Numbered from the stretch's first letter, positions 9,644-21,701 are shown. The stretch: 64,000 nt of DNA from an uncultured Gemmatimonadales bacterium (GCA_963701965.1 OY969695.1:4576001-4640000), one strand, 5' to 3'. Notes: generated from the sequence alone by a model not told the origin. Made by a program: numbers and translations.

Positions 9644-11686
9644 ATGGCCATATCCGCCCGGATAGAGGAACTGGAAAGGAAGTTCAACGAGAATCCTCGG
9701 CGATACTTCGCGCCGCTCGCCAACGAGTACCGTAAAGCGGGCGATCTGACGCAGGCCATCTCGATCTGCCGCTCGTACGTGCCACAGCAGCCGGCCCACA
9801 TGAGCGGGCATATCGTGTTCGGGCAGGCCCTGTTCGAGGCCGGTGAGTTCGAGGAAGCCCGTGGCGTTTTCGAGTCCGCGCTCCAGCTCGATCCCGAGAA
9901 TTTGATCGCGCTGCGCCATCTCGGGGACATTGCGCGGGAACGGGGGCAGATTACGGCGGCCCGCACATGGTACCGGCGGGTCTTGGACGCCGACCCCCGC
10001 AACGCGGAAGTAGCGTCGCTCCTTGGTTCCCTTGCCGGGCTGACCGACACGCAGCCGCCGGCCGAACCGGCGGTGAGCGAGGCCTTGGCCGGATGGCACG
10101 ACATCAATCCGGAGCGCACCCTGGAGCTGCCGCCGGCGCTGGCCGTCGCGCCGCCCCCGGCGCCTCCAGAGCCGGAACCGATGCTGCCGCCGCCAGCCCC
10201 GGAACCGGAGCCGGCCGCGTCTGAGCCGACCCTCGAGGCGGCGCCCGAGCCGGAGCCCGAGCTCGAACGGACCAGTGGGGAGATCGAGGGCTTTTTCAGC
10301 GCCGAGCATGACGCCGAGATCGTGCGGGCGTCGACTCCCGGGGAGCCCGCGCCGGATCTCGGGCTCGAGGTCATGGAGTTCCAGGCGCCCAAGCGCGAGG
10401 AGCGCGCGGGACCCGAGCCCGCCACGAGCGGCCCGGCGGCGTTCGTCACCGAGACGATGGCCGAGTTGTATCTCCAGCAGGGGTTCCGGGACGAAGCCCT
10501 CGGCGTGTATCGCCAGTTGTTGGAGCAGAACCCGTACGACGACAACCTGCGCGAGCGCGTGCTCCAGTTGGAGAGTGGATCGCGTTCCAGCGTGAGCGTG
10601 GCCGCCGTGTCGGATTCGATCATTGACGCGGCGCACATCCGGCGCAACGCGCCGTCCGTCCGGTCGGTGCGCGCGTTCTTCGGCGGGCTGGCCGCGCGTC
10701 GCGTCGCCACTGCGGCGCCCGAGTCCGAGGCCTTCGCGGTGGCCGCCGATCCGGAGCCCGAGCCGGAACCCGAGCCCGCGCCCGATCCGATGCCCACCGC
10801 GGTTGCGCCGCCCGACGCCGAGAGCGGGTCGTACTATAGTGTCGACGCCTATAGCGACGATGCGTTCTCCGAGGATTCGTTCGGGGCCAACGCGTTTACG
10901 GGCAGCCTGAGACCGCGGTCGAGCAAGTCGATTCTCCAGACCGAGGAATACGGCGGGGAGTCGCTGGTGTCGCGCGTCGAAGAGGAAGTCGACGCGTTTG
11001 GCATGCCCATTCGTCGCGAGCCGGCCGACGACGCCGCGACGGATGAAGCCCGTTCGGCCGCACCGGAAGCCCGTGTCGCCGAGCCCGATGTGGCGGAGCG
11101 CGATGTGGCGGAGCGCGATGTGGCGGAGCGCGATGTGGCGGAGCCCGATTTCGCCCAGCCGGGGCCGGTGGCCGAGCCGGAACCAGAGGCGGTCGCGGAG
11201 CCGGTGCTTCACGCTTCGGTGTCCGAGACCGTCGTCGAGCCCGAGCCCGAGGCCGGCAATGACGTGCATGCCTACGCCGCGCCTGCCGAGCCTGCTGCCC
11301 CGGTGGTCGAGGCCGAAGCCGAGGCGGGTTCGGTAGATCAGTTGTTCGGGGACACCCCGGTGGCCGCGACTGATGACGCCGCGGCATCGACCCTCGCCAG
11401 CGCATTCGGCGGCCCGTCGACGCCAGAGGCGACGCGTTCGTCCAGCGAACCCGACCGGACCACACGCCACGCCGCCAACGAGCTATCGTTGGATACCGTG
11501 TTCCGTGAGACGCAACCGTCCGACTCGCGCCGCGAGTCCAGCGCATTCTCGTTCGACCAGTTCTTCGGCAGCGACAGCGCTGGCGAGAACGTGTCGCCGG
11601 TCGAGGGCGCGCCCGAGGCCGACGGTGTCGCCGGATTGGAGACGGAACAATTCAGCAGTTGGCTGTCGGGACTCAAGAAAAAGTGA
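9644..11686 (+). CDS. TPR protein with long acidic/Pro-rich disordered regions
   Basis: FAPLANEYRKAG TPR N-terminus, internal TETMAELYLQQG..ALGVYRQLL, C-terminal FSSWLSGLKKK. Confidence 0.85.
   Translation: MAISARIEELERKFNENPRRYFAPLANEYRKAGDLTQAISICRSYVPQQPAHMSGHIVFGQALFEAGEFEEARGVFESALQLDPENLIALRHLGDIARERGQITAARTWYRRVLDADPRNAEVASLLGSLAGLTDTQPPAEPAVSEALAGWHDINPERTLELPPALAVAPPPAPPEPEPMLPPPAPEPEPAASEPTLEAAPEPEPELERTSGEIEGFFSAEHDAEIVRASTPGEPAPDLGLEVMEFQAPKREERAGPEPATSGPAAFVTETMAELYLQQGFRDEALGVYRQLLEQNPYDDNLRERVLQLESGSRSSVSVAAVSDSIIDAAHIRRNAPSVRSVRAFFGGLAARRVATAAPESEAFAVAADPEPEPEPEPAPDPMPTAVAPPDAESGSYYSVDAYSDDAFSEDSFGANAFTGSLRPRSSKSILQTEEYGGESLVSRVEEEVDAFGMPIRREPADDAATDEARSAAPEARVAEPDVAERDVAERDVAERDVAEPDFAQPGPVAEPEPEAVAEPVLHASVSETVVEPEPEAGNDVHAYAAPAEPAAPVVEAEAEAGSVDQLFGDTPVAATDDAAASTLASAFGGPSTPEATRSSSEPDRTTRHAANELSLDTVFRETQPSDSRRESSAFSFDQFFGSDSAGENVSPVEGAPEADGVAGLETEQFSSWLSGLKKK
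11081..11149 (+). repeat. 15-bp in-frame tandem repeat (CGATGTGGCGGAGCG, about 4 copies; DVAER)
   Basis: Read directly from sequence. Confidence 0.95.
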
Positions 11687-12132
11687 AGATCGCGGTTCTC
11701 AACGGCCCTAGCCTCAACCTCCTCGGCACGCGAGAACCGGCGATCTATGGGACGACGACGCTCGCCGATATCGAGCGGCGCCTCACCGACGTCGGCCACG
11801 AGTTGCGCGTCGAGCTGGCCTTCGCGCAGCACAATGGCGAGGGCGAGCTGATCGATGCGATCCATGGGCTGCGTGGCATCGCCGCGGGCGCGCTCGTGAA
11901 CGCCGGCGCCTACACGCATACCAGCCTGGCGATTCGCGACGCACTGGCCGCCGCCTCGCTGCCGTTCGTCGAGATCCACCTCACCAATATTTACGCCCGC
12001 GAACCCGAGCGCCGGACGTCGATGCTGGCGCCGGCAGCCCGCGCGGTGCTCTGTGGATTCGGCGCCTACGGCTATGAGCTGGGGCTCCGCGGCCTTGTGT
12101 CGATGTTGACGCCGGGTGCGTCCCGTGCGTGA
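11683..12132 (+). CDS. aroQ: Type II 3-dehydroquinate dehydratase
   Basis: VLNGPSLNLLGTREPAIYG, NAGAYTHTS, EIHLTNIYARE. Confidence 0.95.
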   Translation: MKIAVLNGPSLNLLGTREPAIYGTTTLADIERRLTDVGHELRVELAFAQHNGEGELIDAIHGLRGIAAGALVNAGAYTHTSLAIRDALAAASLPFVEIHLTNIYAREPERRTSMLAPAARAVLCGFGAYGYELGLRGLVSMLTPGASRA

Positions 12133-13216
12133 TCGGCGGCCCGGTCGCATTGCGGCCCTGAGCGACGCCATCGGCGCCGCGCAACTCGACGGACTCCTGC
12201 TGTCCGGCGCGGCCAATGTGCGCTATCTGACCGGCTTTTCCGGATCCAGTGCCCTGGTCTTCGTGACCGCGCGCCGGGAGGTCCTGTTCATCACCGACTT
12301 CCGGTACAAGACGCAGGCCGCCGACGAGGTCGGCGACCTGGCGCGCATCCTGATAGAGCCCCAGAGCCTGTGGACCGGCCTGTGGCAGGCGTTGCCGGCG
12401 TACGGGTACGTGGAAGTCGCCGGCTTCGAGTCGGCGCAGCTGCTCCATCGGGATTTCCAGCGGCTGCTCGATGCCGGCGCGCGGTGGCAGTGGCGGCCCA
12501 CGCTGGACTTGGTCGAGGCGCTCCGTGAGCGAAAGGATGCCGACGAAGTCGCGTCGATCACCGACGCCGCGGGGATCGCCACGCGCGCCCTCGCCCGGAC
12601 GCTGCCCGCGGTGCGCGATGGCATGACCGAATTACAGGTCGCCGGGATTCTGGAAAAGGCGCTGCGCGATGAAGGCTCGGAGACGTTTCCGTTTCCTTCG
12701 ATCGTCGCCTCCGGCGTGCGATCGGCGCTCCCGCACGCGCGCTCCTCGTCGAAAGTCATCGAGCGGGGCGATCTCCTGCTGCTCGATTTCGGCGCCGAGA
12801 CGGCCGGGTACTGCGCCGACGTGACGCGCACCGTGGTCGTGGGCACGGCCAGCGCCGAACAGCGCGAACTGTACGAGATCGTCCGGTGCGCCAACGAGAC
12901 CGCGCGGTCCCAGGTGCGGGCCGGTTTGCGCGGCAAGGATGCCGATGCGCTGGCGCGCGACTACATTGAGCGTCGCGGCTACGGTGATGCCTTTGGCCAC
13001 AGCCTGGGACATGGGCTGGGACTGGAAGTTCACGAGGCGCCGCGTTTGGCGCGGACGGCCGATGCGGTACTGGCGGTCGGCGCCGTCGTCACCATCGAGC
13101 CCGGGATCTATCGTCCGGGTTGGGGTGGCGTGCGGATTGAAGACGACGTGCATTTGGGCCCGGACGGACCCGCCGTTCTCACGAATTTCACGCGCGAACT
13201 GCTCGAGGTCGCGTGA
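12125..13216 (+). CDS. Xaa-Pro aminopeptidase (M24B)
   Basis: RYLTGFSGS, TDFRY, HSLGHGLGLEVHE, TIEPGIY, GGVRIEDD. Confidence 0.93.
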   Translation: MRDRRPGRIAALSDAIGAAQLDGLLLSGAANVRYLTGFSGSSALVFVTARREVLFITDFRYKTQAADEVGDLARILIEPQSLWTGLWQALPAYGYVEVAGFESAQLLHRDFQRLLDAGARWQWRPTLDLVEALRERKDADEVASITDAAGIATRALARTLPAVRDGMTELQVAGILEKALRDEGSETFPFPSIVASGVRSALPHARSSSKVIERGDLLLLDFGAETAGYCADVTRTVVVGTASAEQRELYEIVRCANETARSQVRAGLRGKDADALARDYIERRGYGDAFGHSLGHGLGLEVHEAPRLARTADAVLAVGAVVTIEPGIYRPGWGGVRIEDDVHLGPDGPAVLTNFTRELLEVA

Positions 13217-13244
13217 TCGGAGGATGGGTAATCAACCTCCCCCT

Positions 13245-13760
13245 ATGATCGATCTCCGCTACGTCAAAAAGCTGATCGAGCTCCTCGACGGATCGAGTGT
13301 CGATTCGATCGAAATATCGTCAGATAAAGGGATGAAGATCCGGCTGTCGAAGTCCCCTTCGCAGCGCGGAGCAGTCCAGGTGGCGGCGCCGGTGCAGATG
13401 CCGGTGCTGGCGGCCCAGCCCCTGCCGGTGGCCAGCGCTGGTGGCCGGCTGACCCCGGTCGAAGGCACGGTTGCCGTGCCGGACGCCGACGGCAAGCCGG
13501 AGCCGCCCAAACCGAAGTGGCTGGAGATCAAGTCGCCGATGGTCGGGACCTTCTACTCGGCGCCAGAGCCGGGCGCGAAGTCGTACGTGACCGAAGGACA
13601 GCGCATTACGCGCGGCCAGATGGTGTGCATCATCGAGGCGATGAAGATCATGAACGAGATCGAGTCGGAGTTCGCGGGTGTGGTCAAAGAGATCCTGGTC
13701 CAGGACGCGCACCCCGTGGAGTACGGGCAAGTGCTCTTCCGGATAGATCCCAATGGCTAA
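13245..13760 (+). CDS. accB: Acetyl-CoA carboxylase biotin carboxyl carrier protein
   Basis: SPMVGTFY, IEAMKIMNEI, VEYGQVLF; alternative ATG at 13224. Confidence 0.96.
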   Translation: MIDLRYVKKLIELLDGSSVDSIEISSDKGMKIRLSKSPSQRGAVQVAAPVQMPVLAAQPLPVASAGGRLTPVEGTVAVPDADGKPEPPKPKWLEIKSPMVGTFYSAPEPGAKSYVTEGQRITRGQMVCIIEAMKIMNEIESEFAGVVKEILVQDAHPVEYGQVLFRIDPNG

Positions 13761-14946
13761 CGCCGCGACCGCGCCCGCTTCGGCGTCTGACGCGGCGCCG
13801 CCGGCCGCGCCCGAGACCGGCGCGCCCCAGTTCAATTTCAAGGCGATTCTGCAGGAGATGGTCAAGCAGAACGCGTCCGATCTGCACCTCAAGGTCGGGC
13901 GTCCGCCGACTTTGCGCGTGCAGGGCGAGCTGTCGCCGCTGCCCCACGCCGCGATGCGCCCGGAAGACCTGAAGTCGCTGGCCGAACAAGTCATGTCGCC
14001 GCGCCAGGTCAAGGAATTCGCCGAAAATAAAGAGGCCGACTTTGCCATCGGCGTGCCGGGCATCGGCCGCTTTCGCGTGAACGTGTATCAGCAGCGGGGC
14101 ACGATCGCCTACGCGCTGCGCTCGATCCCCTATCAGACGAGCACGGTGGAGGAGCTCAACCTCCCGGCCATCGTCGAGACGATCGCGCTCAAGCCGCGTG
14201 GCCTGGTGCTCGTCACCGGTATCACGGGGTCGGGGAAGTCGACCGCCTTGGCGGCGATGATCCAGCACGTGAACGAGAAGCGCCACGCCAACATCATCAC
14301 GATCGAAGATCCGATCGAGTTCCTGCATCGCGACATCAACTGTCACATCAACCAACGCGAAGTCGGGACCGACACCGGGAGTTTCTCGCAGGCCCTCCGC
14401 CGGGTCCTGCGGCAGGACCCCGACGTCATCCTGCTCGGCGAGATTCGCGACATCGACACGCTGGACACGGCGCTCAAGGCCGCCGATACCGGCCACCTGG
14501 TGTTCTCCACGCTCCACACTACGGATGCGACCCAGACGATCAATCGCGTGCTGTCGTTCTATCCACCGCACCAGCAGGCCGAGGTCCGATTCTCGCTGTC
14601 GAGCGCGCTGCAGGCCGTGGTGTCGCTCCGGTTGGTCCCGCGCATGGACAAGGCGGGGCGTATTCCGGCCTGCGAGATCTTGATCAACACCGCGGCGGTG
14701 CGCGACAATATTCGGGACATGAACAAATCGCTGAACATTCCCGACCTGATCAAGGAAGGCACGATCCAGTATGGCATGCAGAGCTTCGATCAGTCCCTGA
14801 TGCACTGGTATTCGAAGGGCATCATCTCCTACGACACGGCGGTGTTCTATGCGACGACGCCGAGCGAGTTCGCCCTTCGGGTGCAGGGTGTGGCGGCTTC
14901 CAGCGACACATCGTGGGACGCGTTCCAGTCTGACGCGAACGCCTAG
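13753..14946 (+). CDS. PilT/PilU-family type IV pilus retraction ATPase
   Basis: ASDLHL, GRFRVN, GITGSGKST, TIEDPIEF, LRQDPDVILLGEIRD, TGHLVFSTLHT, GMQSFDQSL. Confidence 0.95.
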   Translation: MANAATAPASASDAAPPAAPETGAPQFNFKAILQEMVKQNASDLHLKVGRPPTLRVQGELSPLPHAAMRPEDLKSLAEQVMSPRQVKEFAENKEADFAIGVPGIGRFRVNVYQQRGTIAYALRSIPYQTSTVEELNLPAIVETIALKPRGLVLVTGITGSGKSTALAAMIQHVNEKRHANIITIEDPIEFLHRDINCHINQREVGTDTGSFSQALRRVLRQDPDVILLGEIRDIDTLDTALKAADTGHLVFSTLHTTDATQTINRVLSFYPPHQQAEVRFSLSSALQAVVSLRLVPRMDKAGRIPACEILINTAAVRDNIRDMNKSLNIPDLIKEGTIQYGMQSFDQSLMHWYSKGIISYDTAVFYATTPSEFALRVQGVAASSDTSWDAFQSDANA

Positions 14947-14955
14947 CCGGTCGGG

Positions 14956-16311
<1,356 letters not shown>

Positions 16312-16312
16312 C

Positions 16313-17059
16313 GTGCGGGTCGATGTCTTTTTCGGCACGGGAGAGCTGGCGGCAGCCGACGTAGGCGGGCGCGTGGTGGCGGTCATCGACGTCCTGCGGG
16401 CATCGACCACGATCGCAGTGGCGTTGGGGAATGGCGCCAAAGCCGTCATTCCGCTCGAGAGCTCCGAGGAAGTCGTCGTCCGATCGAAGTCGTTCGCGAA
16501 ATCGGAGGTGCGGCTCGCCGGCGAGCGGAAGATGCATACGGTGCCGGGGTTCGATTTCGGCAATTCGCCGCGCGAGTTCACACGCGAAGCGGTGGAAGGG
16601 AAGACCGTCCTGTTCTCCACCACGAATGGCACGGGCGCGCTGACGTCGGTGTCGGGCGCGCGGGATGTCGTGGTCGCGGCCTACGTGAATTTCTCGCCGG
16701 TCGTCGCGCTGTTGCGCACCGCGCTCCGGGGCGGCGCCAATGTGGCCATCCTCTGCGCGGGACACGATCGGCATTTCTCGCTGGAGGACGCGGCGTGCGC
16801 CGGACGCTACGTCCGCCTCATGACGAAGAGTCTCCCGGGTGTCGCGCTCAACGACGGGGCGTATTCGGCCACCGTCCTCGACGCCAAGTACCGCGAGAAC
16901 CGCGCGAAGGTCTTCGCGGATTCCGCGCACGGGCGCGCGCTGGCCGAGGCGGGGTTCGCCGAGGACCTGGCGCTGGCGGCGGCGCTGGATGCCTATCCGG
17001 TGGTGCCGATCTATCAGGACCGCCAGATTACGCGCATCGGACCAGATCGGGAGCGGTAA
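16313..17059 (+). CDS. 2-phosphosulfolactate phosphatase family (ComB-like)
   Basis: VIDVLRASTT, LAGER, FDFGNSP, TTNGT, LEDAACAG. Confidence 0.92.
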   Translation: MRVDVFFGTGELAAADVGGRVVAVIDVLRASTTIAVALGNGAKAVIPLESSEEVVVRSKSFAKSEVRLAGERKMHTVPGFDFGNSPREFTREAVEGKTVLFSTTNGTGALTSVSGARDVVVAAYVNFSPVVALLRTALRGGANVAILCAGHDRHFSLEDAACAGRYVRLMTKSLPGVALNDGAYSATVLDAKYRENRAKVFADSAHGRALAEAGFAEDLALAAALDAYPVVPIYQDRQITRIGPDRER

Positions 17060-17063
17060 CCTC

Positions 17064-19391
17064 GTGGGCGCATCCCACGTTCGACGCGAGTTGGTCGGCA
17101 TCGCGCTGTTGTCGTTCGGCGCCTTTCTCGCCGGCGCACTTTTGGCCGGCGGCCACGGGCTGCCCTGGACTCCGACAGCGCCGGACGCCTGTAGCACGGC
17201 ACCGGGGATGTTCGGCCCCGTGGGCTCGTGTCTCCGCGCCTATGTGCAATGGCTCCTGGGCGTCCCCGCCGCGCTGCTCCTCCCGTTGATCCCCGCGGTC
17301 CACGCGCTGCGACTGTTCGGCCGCATGCAACAGACGACCGACCGCTCCTGGCTGGTGTTCCTCGCCGGTGGCGTCGTGTTATTGCCCATGCTGATCGGTC
17401 TGGCCGCGCACGTCCCACCGTCGGCCGATGCGGCGAGCGGCATCTGGGGAAGCTTCGCGTCGTACTATCTCCGTTCGTTCTTCGGCGCCGTTGGGGCGTG
17501 GATCGTCGCCGCGCTCGGCGTCAGTGCTTTGACGGCCGCGACGCTGTCGTGGAATCCCATGCGGGTCCTGATCGCGCCGCGCGCCCCGCGCCCCGCGGCG
17601 GCGCCGCCCGACGCGCCCGAGGCCATGGTCGCGCTGGAGCCGGATCCGGACGAACTGCCGGGGATCGACCCGGCGGGCTGGTTCGATGAGCTGCCGCCGG
17701 TCGCGGACAAGCAGCTCTTGCTGGAGGCGCCAAAGCGAAAGGGCCGCGCCAAGCCGCCGCTGGACGTCGAGACGCCGGTGCCGATGACAGCCGACGCGAT
17801 GCAGTCATCGGAGCCGCAGGAGTTGCCGCCCGTTGACCTGCTGACGCCGGCGCCGGAAAAGAATGTCGAGCTGGGGAAGCGCGAGCTCGATGCCATGGGT
17901 GAGAAGCTGCTCGACGCGCTGCGCACGTTCCGCGTCGAAGGCTCGTTGGGCGGCCGGACGACGGGCCCGGTGGTCACGCAGTTCGAGGTCGTGCCCGCGG
18001 CCGGCATCAAGGTGCGCCAGATCGCGAGCCTGGCCAATGATCTGGCGCTGGCGATGCGGGCGCCGAGCATCCGCATCGTGGCGCCGATCCCGGGCAAGGG
18101 CGCGGTCGGCGTCGAGGTTCCGAATCCGGTCGCGGACATGGTCGCGCTGCGCGAGCTCCTGGAGTCCCGCGAATTCCAGACGGCGCGGGCGGCGCTGCCC
18201 ATGGCGCTGGGCAAGGACCTGGAAGGGCGACCGGTGATCGCCGATCTGGCGAAGATGCCGCATCTGCTCATCGCGGGCGCGACCGGGTCGGGCAAGTCCG
18301 TCTGCGTCAACACGCTCATCACGAGCCTCATCTACCGGCATACGCCGAAGACGCTGCGGTTCCTGATGATCGACCCCAAGATGGTCGAGCTGTCGGTGTA
18401 CAACGCGCTGCCGCACAAGCGGCTGAACGTCGTGACCGACAATCGGGACGCGGCCAAGGTCCTCAAGTGGGCCCAGTGGGAGATGCAGCGGCGCTACGAG
18501 CTCCTGGCCGCGAATGGCTGCCGCAACGTGCAGGAGTTCAACCGGCGGGTGGAGAACGGCGCGGCGCTGGTGCATCCCAAGGACGCCGAGGTGGCGTTCG
18601 AGAACCGGACGTACGCCGAGGGGCAGCTGCCGTACATCGTCGTCGTGATCGACGAGTTGGCGGATCTCATGATGACGGTGCAGGGCGAGATCGAGACGCC
18701 GCTCGCCATGTTGGCACAGAAAGCCCGTGCTATCGGCTTGCACCTGATCCTGGCGACGCAGCGTCCGAGCGTGAACGTGATCACGGGGTTGATCAAGGCG
18801 AATTTCCCGAGCCGGATCGCGTTCCGGGTGGCGTCGCAGGTCGACAGCCGCACGATCATCGACGGGATCGGTGCCGAGTCGCTGCTCGGCAACGGGGACA
18901 TGCTCTTTATCCCCCCGGGGAAATCGGAGCCCTCTCGTCTCCAGGGCGCGTATATCTCGAGCGACGACACCGAGCACCTACTGGGCTGGTACACGTCGCG
19001 TGCTACGGGAGCCGTCACGGTCGACACCGAGCCAGACATCCTGGAGGCCGTCCGGTTGCGCGAGCAGGCCGAACGCGATGCGGCCGACGGGGGCGGCGAG
19101 TCGACGGCGGGGAGCGCGGAGCGCGACCCGCTGTTCCGGGACGCCGCCGAGGTGTGCATTCAACACGAGCAGGGCTCGACGTCGCTGCTGCAGCGCCGTC
19201 TCAAAGTCGGCTACGGTCGCGCGGCGCGCATCATCGACCAGCTGCACCTGGCGGGGATTTTGGGGCCGCCGGATGCGTCGAAGCCGCGCGAGGTGCTCGT
19301 GGGATTCGAGGACTTGGACCGCATCTGCGGACCGAAGGGTCGCCGCGGGAGCGGACGCGCGCGGTCGAGGACGCTCGGCCTTAGGGCTTGA
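17064..19391 (+). CDS. ftsK: DNA translocase FtsK
   Basis: 4-TM N-terminus, MPHLLIAGATGSGKS, IDELADLMM, ATQRPS, gamma domain STSLLQRRLKVGYGRAARIID. Confidence 0.96.
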   Translation: MGASHVRRELVGIALLSFGAFLAGALLAGGHGLPWTPTAPDACSTAPGMFGPVGSCLRAYVQWLLGVPAALLLPLIPAVHALRLFGRMQQTTDRSWLVFLAGGVVLLPMLIGLAAHVPPSADAASGIWGSFASYYLRSFFGAVGAWIVAALGVSALTAATLSWNPMRVLIAPRAPRPAAAPPDAPEAMVALEPDPDELPGIDPAGWFDELPPVADKQLLLEAPKRKGRAKPPLDVETPVPMTADAMQSSEPQELPPVDLLTPAPEKNVELGKRELDAMGEKLLDALRTFRVEGSLGGRTTGPVVTQFEVVPAAGIKVRQIASLANDLALAMRAPSIRIVAPIPGKGAVGVEVPNPVADMVALRELLESREFQTARAALPMALGKDLEGRPVIADLAKMPHLLIAGATGSGKSVCVNTLITSLIYRHTPKTLRFLMIDPKMVELSVYNALPHKRLNVVTDNRDAAKVLKWAQWEMQRRYELLAANGCRNVQEFNRRVENGAALVHPKDAEVAFENRTYAEGQLPYIVVVIDELADLMMTVQGEIETPLAMLAQKARAIGLHLILATQRPSVNVITGLIKANFPSRIAFRVASQVDSRTIIDGIGAESLLGNGDMLFIPPGKSEPSRLQGAYISSDDTEHLLGWYTSRATGAVTVDTEPDILEAVRLREQAERDAADGGGESTAGSAERDPLFRDAAEVCIQHEQGSTSLLQRRLKVGYGRAARIIDQLHLAGILGPPDASKPREVLVGFEDLDRICGPKGRRGSGRARSRTLGLRA

Positions 19392-20883
19392 GCGCGTCGA
19401 GATACGAGGTGAACACGCCGACCTCGCCGCGGGGCGCTCGCGAGACCGACGTAGCCGTCGGGGCGCACAAGGTACGCGGCATCGCGATCGAGTCCCGCTC
19501 GCCGGGCCTCTGGCCGCCAGGGGAACGCGTGCAGCACGAGCTTCCGCTGGTCGCACGCCGCGCGTAGCGCGGGCGTGGGGACGCCGTAGACGTGGACTTG
19601 CCAGTCGAGGGATCCAAGCGCAGCGAAATTGTCGCCAGTCCAGGGCAGGCGATCGCCGCCGTGCACGGCACCGGCGCGGCCCTGATTGATCGCCGCCGCG
19701 ATAGTCGATCGCCGATCTGTGAGACGGTGCGGAACATGCAGCCGTCTCAAAGCCGGGATCCGGAACAGCGAGGTGCGACGTACGGGATGACCCGGGTACG
19801 GAGGATCCGGGCGACTGGATCCCGAGCTGGTGACCATCGTGAACACGGCGTCGGTCGAGGCCACGAGGCGTCGCGCGAATGCAATGCGTTCCGGCTCGTA
19901 GCTGTCCAGGAGGGCCGGCTTGGCGCGCCTTGCACCACGGCCGCCAGCTTCCACGCGAGATTGACGGCGTCACCGATGCCGGTATTCATCCCTTGGCCGC
20001 CGACCGGGCTGTGAACATGCCCGGCGTCGCCCACGAGAAAAGCACGGCCGCCGCGGAAATGGTTGGCGACGCGATGATGCACGCGATAGGTCGAGAACCA
20101 GTTCACGCGGTGGACGTCGATGCGCATCCACCCGAGCACGAGCTAGCTCACGTCGTCCCAGGTGAGACCATTGGCGTTCGGCGTCGCGCCGACTTTGACG
20201 GCGCCCACGATTCGCGCCCGCGTCGTGCTCTTGAGGGGGAACACGGCGATAAAGTCGGTGACATCGAACGCGACGTGGATGTCGCCGTTGATGGCGGGTC
20301 CGCTGGCATCGACGTCGGCTACGTAGAATGTGTGCTCATAGGTGCCGCCGCCGAACCCGATGCCCAGGGTCTCGCGCACGGTGGAGCGGGCCCCGTCGCA
20401 CCCGGCGATGTATTGGGCTTCGCACGTCTCGGTCTGCCCGTCGGGCATCTGCAGCGTGGCGACGACGCGATCGCCCGTATCCCGAAACCCAGTGAGCGCC
20501 GTTTGCCGCTCCACCGTGACGCCGCGCTCGGCCAGCCGCCCGAGCAGCAGCGTCTCGTGCTCATCCTGCGGGAAGATCAGCAGGAACGGAAACGGGCTGG
20601 ATCCCGCGCCGACATCGCCGATCGCGACCCGCGCCAGTTGATGCTTGCGCGCCCAGAAGTTGGCGCCCGTCACGCGCCGGCCACTCGCGATGACGTCGTC
20701 GGCGATGCCCAACTGCTGGTAGAACTCGAGCGTTCGTGCCTGCACGCCGAGCGCCCGAGACGTAGTCCCCGACTCGGTACTCTTGTCGATGATCCGCACG
20801 CGCACGCCCAGTCGCGTCAGCCAGAGGGCCAACACGAGGCCAGTGGGACCCGCGCCAACAATGAGCACGTCGGTCTGAGGCAC
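19381..20883 (-). pseudogene. Disrupted FAD-dependent (PheA/TfdB-like) monooxygenase
   Basis: [43 protein letters not shown] and C-terminal YLVRPDGYVG lie in different frames; in-frame TAG at 20143-20145 plus several frameshifts at 19.65-19.95 kb. Confidence 0.88.
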
Positions 20884-21113
20884 CCCTATAACGTACTGGG
20901 CCTGCCCCGTGCGGCTCGGGTGGCACTTGCACTTTTCGCATTTTTCGCGCGAATTCGCACTCGTTAAATGCAAATAAATGCAAATCGCCGACTCCTGTTT
21001 TCGCTAATCTCTGATCGGAGAACGACTTAGCAGCGAGCAGGTCCGGGCATTCCGCGTGCTAATAATAGAGAGGGCTCCGCAGTTCCACAGTTCCCTCTCA
21101 TCGTGGAGTCCAC

Positions 21114-21701
21114 GTGCCGTGTCCTGCTCGTCCGCCTGGCCACTGGGTCAGGCCTTTGCTCACGGTCGCCGTCGCGGGAGTTGCCGCGGCCGCACTGCCG
21201 AAGTCCGCAGTCGCCCAATGCTCCAGTACAACCACGCAGATCGGCCCGTGTAACACTGGGACCAACATCGCCCCTGGTGCGACGGGCCAGACCTACACAC
21301 TCACGCTGATCAACCTGTTGGCCATCCAAGAGCAGCCGACCGTGTCCGTCGCCTGCTCCGGCTATGTGGTGAGCTGCAGCGTCTCACCGACATTTGTCCA
21401 TCTTCCGGCCAACGGGTCGGGAAACGTCGTGGTGACGTACAGCGTCGACACGGCACGCAGGTCTGGGCAATTCGTCCTGTCCGGCGGCGGGACGTCGTCG
21501 ACTATCACCGTCAGCCCCCCGGCGCATCTTGCTCACGAACAGGGTGCCTTGCAATCAGGTAGCCTCTCCAGCAATTCAGGAACTCCTGACCCCGTTGTAT
21601 CCGCAGGCGACGCAAGACAATCTCGAACGTCTCGTGTACGGTTATCCCGGGCAGGGTGGGGGTGTAGCGTTGACTCCGACAATCGGTGGTCCGGGCGCTA
21701 G
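21114..21701 (+). CDS. Secreted protein fragment: signal peptide plus Ig-like beta domain (plausible to about 21520)
   Basis: Hydrophobic leader ending in AVA-Q, then T/V/S-rich beta strands with Cys pairs; the tail looks off-frame. Confidence 0.55.
   Translation: MPCPARPPGHWVRPLLTVAVAGVAAAALPKSAVAQCSSTTTQIGPCNTGTNIAPGATGQTYTLTLINLLAIQEQPTVSVACSGYVVSCSVSPTFVHLPANGSGNVVVTYSVDTARRSGQFVLSGGGTSSTITVSPPAHLAHEQGALQSGSLSSNSGTPDPVVSAGDARQSRTSRVRLSRAGWGCSVDSDNRWSGR

Noticed and set aside
11081..11149. Possible CRISPR array
   Set aside because: No spacers, in-frame coding repeat, no cas genes.
16313..17059. Coenzyme M biosynthesis
   Set aside because: ComB-like phosphatases are widespread, and no other com genes are present.
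21068..21099. GAGAGGG/CCCTCTC inverted repeat as terminator or riboswitch
   Set aside because: Only a 7-bp stem with a long loop and no U tract; insufficient support.
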